From Candidatus Methanomethylicia archaeon (GTDB lineage Archaea; Thermoproteota; Methanomethylicia; Nezhaarchaeales; B40-G2): 25,049 nucleotides of DNA. The stretch spans positions 1-25,049 of the forward strand of contig JAPDJI010000046.1 in the NCBI GenBank assembly GCA_029259155.1, given 5' to 3'. The notes beneath the pieces were generated by a model, which ran no database searches, was not told the DNA's origin, and saw nothing but the letters and a program-made list of their open reading frames with translations. Positions 9,415 through 17,525 of the stretch are shown in pieces (within the stretch, counting starts at the first letter, position 1; the number at the start of each line of letters is the position of its first letter). A program made the translations under genes and the position numbers.

Positions 9415-9785
9415 CTGCCTATGCCTACGACCTCTTTGCCAAGTGGGCAGGTATGAAAGTGGGAGAGACCAGAGTATAAGGCTGCGAGAGAACTTCCCTT
9501 CATCCTCTAGGAAAGAGAAATCAACGATCTTACCGCTGGATGCAATAGGTATGTTACAACATTCCTTGAGATTGCTAAGGAAAAAGTGCAAGGGCTAGAA
9601 AAATTCAACCTAAAATAGATAGATGTAGACCTAGAGCGCAGAACTCTCAAGGTAACACCTAACCAATAAAGCTTGAAAGCGAGGAAGAATACATATGCAG
9701 GGTTGCTAAGACTGTTGAGTAGGCAGCTGAGCTGATAGAAGCTGGCTTCGAATACGTTTGCGACATCGACAATGCTGAGCTTTTA
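9415..9785 (+). pseudogene. Tyrosine recombinase/integrase remnant with internal deletion
   Basis: Manual translation: AYAYDLFAKWAGMK/WERPEYKAARELPFIL*EREINDLTAGCNRYVTTFLEIAKE/(G)ARA../NLK*IDVDLERRTLKVTP, then EEEYICRVAKTVE*AAELIEAGFEYVCDIDNAELF. Resembles TACK/Bathyarchaeia-type integrases; the HxxR and Tyr region is missing. Confidence 0.75.
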
Positions 9786-9977
9786 ATTTGCTTTGATAAG
9801 GCTAGAGTTAATTGACAGCTTTAAAGTAATTTGACTTTGAGTTTTCAACTAAAAAGACCTCAACTACTGAAAATACCTCTCTACCTAACACATTAATTTG
9901 ATACAACTTAGAAAAAATACTTGATTATTGATACTTTTGCAAACTAAGACAGCCAAAGCCTTTACCAAGGTAGATGC

Positions 9978-10058
9978 AAGGCTGTAAGGTTGTCGGCGCG
10001 AGCACACCGGCTCAGCGTTGAGTATCCGTAGCTTTTCGACCTTCCGGGATTTAGCCTT
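9978..10058 (+). ncRNA. Candidate structured RNA (extended hairpin), function unknown
   Basis: Nested stems AAGGCTG/TAGCCTT, AAGGTTG/CGACCTT, TCGGCGC/GCGTTGA, GAGC/GCTC; four G-U pairs all compatible with the + strand. Confidence 0.4.
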
Positions 10059-10064
10059 AATTTA

Positions 10065-11759
10065 CTATCCCTTCAATTCTTTTCCGAATAATTCACGAGT
10101 TTTCTGTTGAATCCATTCTTGAGGTGCTTTCCAAGGATACTCCTTCTTAATCCTATGTAGCTCCTCTACTTCATGATCTGTTAGCCTTCGCCCCCTATAA
10201 TCCTTGTAAAAATGATAGAGCTTCTCAAATACCATCGACTTCCACGTACCAGGAAGCATACCATAATAGTCGTGAACCAAGTCTACAAGATCATGCCTCC
10301 TAGTCTCAAGCCTCCACTCCACCGTTACCCTATCATCCTTCGTTTTTGATAATATATCGGGACGAGGGTGACGCCAAGGATATAGCTGTCCAGGAAACCT
10401 AAGTCTCCTGTTTAACTCAATAAACTCTGCCATTATCATCGAGGGCGGCTTCTTAACTATCAATTCTTGAACGTAATCATCAAGGTCCTTCACACTCCGA
10501 CGACCATAGTCTAGCGAATCTATAAGGCTCTTGGGCAGAATATCCGTTACATCCACGGTTCTTGAGATGGCTATCTTAGGGGACAGCCTATTATGACGTG
10601 TTAATTCGAGGGAAAAACTTCCCTCCTCAGTTAATGTTGATTGGATGTGGTACTTCCATATTTCATCGCTCAAGCGCCTAAAGTCTACAAAAGGCTGGCT
10701 AATCGACCTTGAACCGTAAGGAACCCCAATGGAATTCAATAGCCTTCCCACCCGAGAGTCAGCATAAGACACAAGAGCTTTGCGAGCTTCAAAGGGACCG
10801 CGAAAAGCCCCTCCCAACTCTTCAATTCTACATTTAAAGTAATAGTGTAAGACAGGGTCGCTATTATAATACTCGATGTCCTTGACCTTCGCTCTCATAC
10901 GGCCTTCATTAATGATGTGAGTAGCCGCCTTAAAGAGGGCAGGGTTATTAAGGTCAATAGGGTAACTGGGATTAACGAAAACCCTCCTCCTCTCAAGCTC
11001 AACATAAGGTATCTTGAAATCATCACAAAGCCCTCTTAAAGTTCCAGTTTCAATGAGTCTCACGCGACCCTCCCTCAATAGGTACACATAATAATCATAC
11101 TTTGTCTTAGGAAGGCCTTGTATCTTCAATGTGTAGCTTCTTAAGCTCCTTCCACCGAGTTCCGTAAGACGTTCGATAACAAGTTCCTTAAGTCTTCTCG
11201 TATCAACGCTGCTAGCAACATTATTCGGTTCTTGCCACCAATGGTAAAAACGGCTCAAAATATCAATTAGAGCTACTTCCTTGAAACTACTAAGTCGACG
11301 GAAACTTGGATCATTTAAAATTGTGGACAAAGTCTCCGAGAAACAACCTTTCCACTTAACTCTGATAATCCCTACCATCTCAACATCATCAAGCATCAGC
11401 TGAGTTAGAGCTTCGCTAAGTAATCTGGTCTCTGTAATTGAGAGGGCTTCCTTGACTTCATTTATGTTAACTAGTTCCTCTGTGCGCCAATCTAGTCTAT
11501 ATACGGGTTTTCCTTGACTTAAAACATGTTCAACTTCAGCAGCTACGCCAGCCGTTACAAAACCATCAAAATCGCTGCACACCACCAAGTCGCATGAATC
11601 TACTAAATTTAGAAATCCGTGTGACCACCCAGATGAATGTTGAAAGGTTGCCGGATTTACTATTTCAGCGCCCGGAAAGTTCCTCCTTATTATTTCAAGC
11701 TCCTTACGTTCACGTATTGTGCTATAGATTTCTACTGGATGGGCATAGTAGATTCTCAA
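10065..11759 (-). CDS. Fusion protein: N-terminal nucleoside 2-deoxyribosyltransferase-like domain plus C-terminal two-motif LAGLIDADG-like domain
   Basis: aa 1-90: IYYAHP, IVNP, CDLVV, TAGVAAEV, GKPVY. aa 275-286 LFKAATHIINEG followed by YYNSDPVL; aa 369-381 KYHIQSTLTEEGS. Confidence 0.65.
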   Translation of the reverse strand: MRIYYAHPVEIYSTIRERKELEIIRRNFPGAEIVNPATFQHSSGWSHGFLNLVDSCDLVVCSDFDGFVTAGVAAEVEHVLSQGKPVYRLDWRTEELVNINEVKEALSITETRLLSEALTQLMLDDVEMVGIIRVKWKGCFSETLSTILNDPSFRRLSSFKEVALIDILSRFYHWWQEPNNVASSVDTRRLKELVIERLTELGGRSLRSYTLKIQGLPKTKYDYYVYLLREGRVRLIETGTLRGLCDDFKIPYVELERRRVFVNPSYPIDLNNPALFKAATHIINEGRMRAKVKDIEYYNSDPVLHYYFKCRIEELGGAFRGPFEARKALVSYADSRVGRLLNSIGVPYGSRSISQPFVDFRRLSDEIWKYHIQSTLTEEGSFSLELTRHNRLSPKIAISRTVDVTDILPKSLIDSLDYGRRSVKDLDDYVQELIVKKPPSMIMAEFIELNRRLRFPGQLYPWRHPRPDILSKTKDDRVTVEWRLETRRHDLVDLVHDYYGMLPGTWKSMVFEKLYHFYKDYRGRRLTDHEVEELHRIKKEYPWKAPQEWIQQKTRELFGKELKG

Positions 11760-11766
11760 ACCTTTC

Positions 11767-12036
11767 TCAGCCTTCGCTTAATTCCAGTTCTTCCTCTTCT
11801 TCCGGTTTAACAATGGTAAGTTCATAGTCACCGTTAACAGGCGTGCTCGAAATGTAAACCAAACCTTTTTTATGTGCCTGAGCCCATATTCTTCGTACTT
11901 CCTCGTCGGTATATCCCTTCGCCTGTAGGTAAGGCTTAAACTCTCGTTCAAGTATCCAAGGCTTGTTAAAGTGATCAAAAAGCATATCGATAATCCTCTT
12001 TAATTCTTCATCCGTAAACCTCTTACCCATGATCAC
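11767..12036 (-). CDS. Small hypothetical protein (possible winged helix, acidic tail), likely co-transcribed with the 564-aa gene
   Basis: 89-aa ORF ending 7 bp before the next start; GGTG SD-like element; helical N-terminus plus GLVYIS..YELTIV hairpin. Confidence 0.6.
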   Translation of the reverse strand: MIMGKRFTDEELKRIIDMLFDHFNKPWILEREFKPYLQAKGYTDEEVRRIWAQAHKKGLVYISSTPVNGDYELTIVKPEEEEELELSEG

Positions 12037-12190
12037 ACCAAACTTTAGCCCTCACCGTTATCCTATCATTACTAAGCTTAAATACTTGTCTTTCCTGTCG
12101 CCATCCTAGCCAACCACCATTGACAGCACTAAGAAAACAACAGGCAACACGTCCCAACGAGCAGCGCACATAACGCAGCATAATGGTGGA

Positions 12191-12265
12191 TGCGGCCGCC
12201 GGGATTTGAACCCGGGTAAGCAGCGTGGCAGGCTGCTGTCCTAGACCAGGCTAGACCACGGCCGC
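12191..12265 (-). tRNA. tRNA-Gly(GCC), no intron
   Basis: GCGGCCG-TG-GTCT..GGAC-A-GCAGC-CTGCCAC-GCTGC-TTAC-CCGGG-TTCAAAT-CCCGG-CGGCCGC-A; TATA-like element at about 12291-12297. Confidence 0.97.
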
Positions 12266-12372
12266 GCTATGCACTCAGCGCATTATGAGGTATAAAAATC
12301 TTAAACTTAGAAGAGAGCTTCACTAAGACGCTACTTTTATAACCTTCCCTGAAGGGGACCACACGCAGTAGA

Positions 12373-12477
12373 GCCCCGGTAGCTCAGCTAGGCAGAGCAC
12401 CCGGCTGTTAACCGGGACCTCGAGGCTAACCAACCTCGAGGCGGGAATGGTCCCAGGTTCGAGGCCTGGCCGGGGCG
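12373..12477 (+). tRNA. tRNA-Asn(GTT) with 31-nt non-canonical intron (12417-12447, position about 43/44)
   Basis: GCCCCGG-TA-GCTC..GAGC-A-CCCGG-CTGTTAA-CCGGG[ACCTCGAGGCTAACCAACCTCGAGGCGGGAA]TGGTC-CCAGG-TTCGAGG-CCTGG-CCGGGGC-G; 74 nt after removal. Confidence 0.92.
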
Positions 12478-12490
12478 CTTCGTACTTATT

Positions 12491-13240
12491 TTATACCGTA
12501 CTTTCATATGCCGAGGCGTGGGGGGCTTTCGGCGAGTTGTGTTAGCGTTCTGAAGCGGTGCCATGAAGTGTCTAACACATAGACGTAGTAGATTAGTTTC
12601 TCTCCTAGTCCACGGTTTGGGTATGGTCCTTGCCTCGTAAACTCTACGTGATGCTTTCTTAGTAGTTCCTCGACTACTTCGATTAGTCGAAGGTTTGTGT
12701 TGGCAAACTTATGGCTTCGTAGGCTTCCATCTCCTAGCCATAGTCCTCTTAGAAGGCTAGTTGTACTTGGCTGGGTGCTTTTACTACGAATTCATCGTAT
12801 CGCTTTAGTAGTAGGTATGCGAGGGTGGATTTTACTTCGAGCTCGGTGTATGGTACTTGGAGTTGTGAGAGACGTTGTCTTCTCCATACCTTGTGGCCTA
12901 GGTTTTTGGCTGCTTGGCTGAACTCTATTAGTAGTGTTGGATCTGTGTTGTAGAAGTTTTCTCTGTATCCGCCGTGGCATGGGTGTTCGTCTCCGTCGCT
13001 TAGGATGAGGCCTAGTATGAGTCCTACTTCGGGTTGGCGTACGTCGAACAGTGTGATTTTTCCGAGTGGTGTGTATTTTTCTGAGCCATTCTGATAGCTC
13101 GCTTTTAGAGGGTGACCATTGGAGCTCGGCTTTAAGTATCTTTTTGATGTCGCTGTAGCTTGGGCCTTGTCTACGTAGGTCTAAGGCTTTCATGTAGGAG
13201 TATAGGCGTTTGTAGATGCTGGTCTCTACGCGGTCTTCGC
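12491..13240 (-). pseudogene. Free-standing HTH plus two-motif LAGLIDADG homing endonuclease, frameshifted
   Basis: MKALDLRRQGPSYSDIKKIL..PSKSELSEWLR (HTH); after a frameshift VGLILGLILSDG..FYNTDPTLL (about 12994-13024); after further shifts LRGLWLGDGS..FANTNLRLIEVVEELL (about 12724-12752); stop at 12491. Confidence 0.85.
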
Positions 13241-13333
13241 CTTATCTTGCCTCCTTGAACTCTGGGTAGCTCCAGTTCCTGAGCATTATTTGTAGCTTTA
13301 ACTCTAATGGTGCGTTTTTTCGGGGCTGAAACG

Positions 13334-14125
13334 CTAGTACCTATGTAGTATCCTTCCACCCTTTATGGTCATGCCTAGGCTGAAGTAATGGCCAGCTAGT
13401 ATTTCAATTGGTTTTAGCTTGTCCACCTCTTCGAAGAACGAGGGGTAGAAGTATAGTTCAGCTTCGCCCTTCCATACGTCGCTTACCCTGACGTTCTCCA
13501 CAACGCTCTGAGCCAGCTCCATAACAGCTGGCCTCGAAGGATCCTCCACGCTCGGGTAGTGTCTTAGGAGGAAGAACCTAAACTTAGGTAATTCCTCAAC
13601 GCTTGCCTTACCCGTTATCCTTAGAGAAGCCTCTGCTATCCTCTCTCCGTGTCCTTCACAAATCCCCTTTAGTTTTGTTCCCGGACCTATAGGACCCATT
13701 TTTGGGTTGAGAGGATGAGGCCTAGTCATATAGATACGGGCGAGCTTCTTGGGAAAGCCTTGGAACCATCCTCGAAGCAGAGTGAAGTCGTTATCTACCC
13801 AGATGTAGGGTACGGTGAAGCCTTCCTCACCATGGTAACGGCAGCTAACCGCCAATAAACATTCCTTATACTGGGAGCGCTCGGGGTTCAAGTAAGCCAA
13901 GTCTGGGTTGACGTCGCTAACTGAGGTCCACTCCACGAACCATATGAAAGCCAAGCCTGGGTTTGAGCCCAGCTCTAAAGGTTCAGGTAAGACCTGCTTC
14001 ACTTCCTTTGGATCAGCCTTAAACACGACCTGTATGATGTCGCCGCCGTAATGCCATGGAGGAGGGTCTACCACCTGAGCTTTGCCTTCAGGGCTTAGAG
14101 GCAGGCAATAACCCTTCAAAGGCAT
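13334..14125 (-). CDS. Acetoacetate decarboxylase-like (ADC superfamily) protein
   Basis: PPPWHY, LPEPLE, QYKEC, IWVDND..LRGW.QGFPKKLA (Schiff-base Lys motif). Confidence 0.85.
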   Translation of the reverse strand: MPLKGYCLPLSPEGKAQVVDPPPWHYGGDIIQVVFKADPKEVKQVLPEPLELGSNPGLAFIWFVEWTSVSDVNPDLAYLNPERSQYKECLLAVSCRYHGEEGFTVPYIWVDNDFTLLRGWFQGFPKKLARIYMTRPHPLNPKMGPIGPGTKLKGICEGHGERIAEASLRITGKASVEELPKFRFFLLRHYPSVEDPSRPAVMELAQSVVENVRVSDVWKGEAELYFYPSFFEEVDKLKPIEILAGHYFSLGMTIKGGRILHRY

Positions 14126-14290
14126 AACTTAACTTATTGCTAAGTATATGGATAAAAAGTTATCCGATGAACAACTTTTTTTCTCGCCACTTTTTATTGG
14201 CTTCAAGAGGAAACTTTGATGTGGATGGCTCAACATCAATCAGGTCCTTCAACAGAAACCTTTTAACGCTCAGTTTGCGTAGCTATTCAT

Positions 14291-14364
14291 GCCGGGGTAG
14301 CTCAGCCTGGGAGAGCGTCCGGCTGAAGACCGGATTGTCGAGGGTTCAAGTCCCTCCCCCGGCA
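14291..14364 (+). tRNA. tRNA-Phe(GAA), no intron
   Basis: GCCGGGG-TA-GCTC..GAGC-G-TCCGG-CTGAAGA-CCGGA-TTGTC-GAGGG-TTCAAGT-CCCTC-CCCCGGC-A; TTTTAA at 14261-14266. Confidence 0.97.
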
Positions 14365-14522
14365 TTAAACTGAAGTTAAGATAGGAAAACTCGTTGCAGC
14401 TAAGTGAAGTGTTTAATGAGTAAAATAGAGATTGATGCTAGGAAACTAGTGCACATCCATCCAGCCCCAGAATTCTCCATATATAGATGTGATGCAAAAT
14501 CCTCAATGAGAGGCTAGTAAGG

Positions 14523-15620
14523 ATGATTCCATTATTCGAACATTACCCTCGGTTGAGGGATAAGCTCCCCTACGTCTCGTTAGGTGAGTTCCCAACCCCT
14601 GTCGAGAAACTTGATCGATTAGGTAAGGATATAGGTGTAGACAATCTTTACATTAAGAGGGATGACTTAAGTGGTAGGGTCTACGGAGGAAACAAGGTAA
14701 GGAAGTTAGAGTTCCTATTGGGTTATGCCCTACGCTTAAAGGTAAAGGAGGTTTTGACTTTTGGCTGTGCGGGGTCTAACCATGCTTTAGCCACAGCCAT
14801 CTATGCGCGACAGCTAGGATTAAGAAGCATCTCCATGTTAATGCCTCAGCCTAACGCACACTATGTCCGCCGTAATCTCCTTATGAGTTATTATTGCGGA
14901 GCAGAGCTTCATCAATATCGGAACAAGCTATTCCTTGCCGCGGGAACCATCTACCAACTTCTACGTCATAGGCTGAAACATGGACGTTTTCCACAGGTAA
15001 TCCCCGCTGGTGGATCTTCGCCTCTCGGAGTGGTCGGTTTTGTCAATGCAGCGTTTGAGCTCAGAGAGCAGATAGCTAAGGGTGAAGTGCCAGAACCTGA
15101 TCGTATCTATGTTGCCTTAGGGACGATGGGAACCGCGGTTGGACTGATGCTTGGGCTTAAGGCTGCTAACCTCAGAAGCAAGGTAGTACCTGTGCGAGTA
15201 GTGGACGAGAAGATTGCTAATGTGAAAAGAATGGTTAAATTGTTCCATAAAACCAGCTCTTACCTCCACTCCCTTGATCCCTCCTTCCCCGAGTTAAAGC
15301 TTTACGAAAAGGATGTAAGCATTAGACACGAGTTTTTTGGACAACGATATGCTCTCTTCACCAAGGAAGGGATGGAGGCCGTAGCCCACATGCAGAGAAC
15401 AGAGGGAATTAAGCTGGATGGAACTTACACAGGGAAGACGCTTGCCGCCCTCATAAAGGACGCGAAAGAACAGATCTTGAGAGGTGAGGTAGTCATGTTC
15501 TGGAACACCTACAATTCTAGGGACTTTTCGGATGTTATAGCAACCATCGATTACCACCAATTACCTAGATGCTTCCACCGCTATTTTGAGGAAGAGGTGC
15601 AGCCTCTAGATAGATATTAA
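14523..15620 (+). CDS. PLP-dependent D-cysteine desulfhydrase / ACC deaminase family enzyme
   Basis: PTPV, IKRDD..YGGNKVRKLEFLL, GSNHALATA, IPAGG, GTMGT, LDGTYTGK. Confidence 0.9.
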   Translation: MIPLFEHYPRLRDKLPYVSLGEFPTPVEKLDRLGKDIGVDNLYIKRDDLSGRVYGGNKVRKLEFLLGYALRLKVKEVLTFGCAGSNHALATAIYARQLGLRSISMLMPQPNAHYVRRNLLMSYYCGAELHQYRNKLFLAAGTIYQLLRHRLKHGRFPQVIPAGGSSPLGVVGFVNAAFELREQIAKGEVPEPDRIYVALGTMGTAVGLMLGLKAANLRSKVVPVRVVDEKIANVKRMVKLFHKTSSYLHSLDPSFPELKLYEKDVSIRHEFFGQRYALFTKEGMEAVAHMQRTEGIKLDGTYTGKTLAALIKDAKEQILRGEVVMFWNTYNSRDFSDVIATIDYHQLPRCFHRYFEEEVQPLDRY

Positions 15621-15669
15621 AGGTAAAAAAGATGAGACACTCGTTAAACATGAAGTTTCCTAGTTGCCA

Positions 15670-16362
15670 CTATTTCGATTTCATAACTTTTAAGGCCACG
15701 GTAACCGCTACGGCGACAGCAGCTATGGCTATTCCGGCAGCTAATATCCAAGAGTAACCAAAGAGAGGGCTGAGCACTGTAGGGACTTCGCCTGGAACTC
15801 CACTACTAAACTGGAAGTTGGTGTCTATGAGTTCAAAGTTCATCGTTCCATAGACGTTGACCAAGAACACCTTGATGGGCCAACCAGTATCCTTCTCTAC
15901 GTAGATCTCAGCACTTGCTCCCTGCTCTGTTTTGGATGCTTTGTAGCAGTTGAAGGTACCCGCCTCCGTCGTTAAGGAAACCTCGCTAATGGCGAAGCCT
16001 CCTTGTTCTAAGCTTTGTAAAAGCTGCTCCACACCACCTACACCCATAAACGGTCCTGCCTCCTCGCTGCCGTAATTAATGGTCTGGGTACCGCCCATCT
16101 CTAAAATGAAGTCTTCCATTTCCTCAGGCGTGTAGGACTCCACCACTGTCTCTACGGTGAAAGAGGTGTCGTTGACATTTACCACCTCAATCCTTATTAC
16201 TGCCTCTCCGTTTATGGACGATGTCTGGACGGCTAAAAGGTATTTAGCGTACTTTCCCGGTGTGAGCCAGCTAGGCGCGCCTGCATAGGCTAAAGTAGGT
16301 GTTAATGAAAGGAGCAGTACTAGAAGTAAGGGGCATGCCGCTTTTTTAACTAAGTACAACAA
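15670..16362 (-). CDS. Secreted, C-terminally membrane-anchored hypothetical protein
   Basis: N-terminal signal peptide, PSWLTPGKYAKY, TTEAGTFNCYK motif, C-terminal TM helix with basic tail. Confidence 0.7.
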   Translation of the reverse strand: MLYLVKKAACPLLLVLLLSLTPTLAYAGAPSWLTPGKYAKYLLAVQTSSINGEAVIRIEVVNVNDTSFTVETVVESYTPEEMEDFILEMGGTQTINYGSEEAGPFMGVGGVEQLLQSLEQGGFAISEVSLTTEAGTFNCYKASKTEQGASAEIYVEKDTGWPIKVFLVNVYGTMNFELIDTNFQFSSGVPGEVPTVLSPLFGYSWILAAGIAIAAVAVAVTVALKVMKSK

Positions 16363-16424
16363 TTATTTGTCCTCCACGTTGGTGGCGTAGTAAATAGTAT
16401 ATAAAGGTTATGAGGGAGGGAGCT

Positions 16425-17333
16425 TCAGAGGGATGCAGCTAAAAGCACGCCAGTAATAATCAAGCAGGCTCCCGCAGCTTGTCTCCAAGATACCTCTTCT
16501 TTGAGAAAAAGAAAGGCTAGGAGGATCGATATTAACGGAGAAGATGTGGTCAACGTAGCTGCCCTAGCTGCTCCTATTGCTGCTAAACTGACATATAAGA
16601 GCCAATCACCTATTCCAAGCCCAAAGAGGCCTCCCAGTAAGGCATAGGCCAAATATTCCTTGATGAGCTTAACCTTTAAACGTACGATGAAAGGCGACAT
16701 GATGAGTAATAGGTAGATGAGCTTGATAACGTTGACGATCAGTGGATCAACATTAATGACAGCTACCTTAAACACTACGGACCCTAAACCCCAAGACAAA
16801 CCAGCTAGTACCGCCGCCATCACACCTATGAACACTCTTCGCCTATCACCCAGCCGACTCGGAGGTTTAAATGAAGATAACCATATACCTGTAAGGGAGA
16901 GAGCTAAACCAGCTACTAGACCAACAGTTAAGGTCTCGCCTAACAACAATACAGCGAAGAGAGTAGCATAGACAGGATACACGTAACCCACAGGGTATCC
17001 TATGGAGACCCCTGCATTCCGTAGCGCTACCATGTACAGCGTGTCTCCTATGATTATAGCTATGGTGGTGGCTAGAAGCACCCAGAATAAGGCTTCCCAG
17101 CTGACCAAGAGAAATGCGAGGCTACCTCCTTTCTCTAGGAAAAGGGATAGGGTGGCCATGAAAGCCAGCGCTAATGGAACCCTCAACCCACTCGTAGCTA
17201 AAGGGTCGTTTAACCCAGATACAGCCCTCCTATAGAGCACGGCTGCTATGGACCAGCAGAAGGAAGCCAGTACAGCTGCTATCGCTCCAGCTACATACTG
17301 TTCCATTAACACTAACGAGAAGGTGAAATGCAT
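16425..17333 (-). CDS. DMT/EamA family transporter (true start may be ATG 17306)
   Basis: About 10 TM helices in two repeats ending LLGETLT and FLKEEVS. Confidence 0.9.
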   Translation of the reverse strand: MHFTFSLVLMEQYVAGAIAAVLASFCWSIAAVLYRRAVSGLNDPLATSGLRVPLALAFMATLSLFLEKGGSLAFLLVSWEALFWVLLATTIAIIIGDTLYMVALRNAGVSIGYPVGYVYPVYATLFAVLLLGETLTVGLVAGLALSLTGIWLSSFKPPSRLGDRRRVFIGVMAAVLAGLSWGLGSVVFKVAVINVDPLIVNVIKLIYLLLIMSPFIVRLKVKLIKEYLAYALLGGLFGLGIGDWLLYVSLAAIGAARAATLTTSSPLISILLAFLFLKEEVSWRQAAGACLIITGVLLAASL

Positions 17334-17385
17334 TTAAGCGTTCGGTTTAAGCTTAGACAATTACCATTCAAGTTAAGTGAAGATT

Positions 17386-17453
17386 TAGGCTCGACCCTAA
17401 TGCCTTTTAATCATCGCGTATACTCATCTTAACTCTGAGAGTCTCATCGCCTA
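17386..17453 (-). ncRNA. Candidate tandem K-turn small RNA or 5' leader
   Basis: TAGGC-GAT-GA-GACTCT ... AGGGTC-GA-GCCTA (K-turn 1) enclosing TTAA-GAT-GA-GT..AT-GA-TTAA (K-turn 2); TTTTAA box about 25 nt upstream. Confidence 0.5.
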
Positions 17454-17525
17454 GGTAGAGGTTTACTTCGCCTTCTTAAAAACTTTATAGGTCCTAGCCA
17501 CCTGCTCCTAGAACGGTGCTGAGTT

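Noticed and set aside
9283-9591. 102-aa minus-strand ORF
   Set aside because: Antisense shadow of the integrase remnant on the + strand
10044-10052. CCGGGATTT as an att duplicate of the tRNA-Gly T-arm
   Set aside because: Only a 9-bp match; expected by chance and too short to call an att site
12114-12189. 8-bp inverted repeat CCACCATT/AATGGTGG downstream of tRNA-Gly
   Set aside because: Short, weak interior pairing, no target-site duplication; insufficient for a MITE or RNA call
12697-13359. ORFs 12697-12921(+), 13171-13359(-) and the Arg/Thr/Pro-rich tail of 12792-13193(-)
   Set aside because: Out-of-frame or antisense products of the LAGLIDADG pseudogene and adjoining DNA
14137-14373. 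78-aa ORF on the + strand
   Set aside because: Overlaps tRNA-Phe and its promoter; no protein-like features
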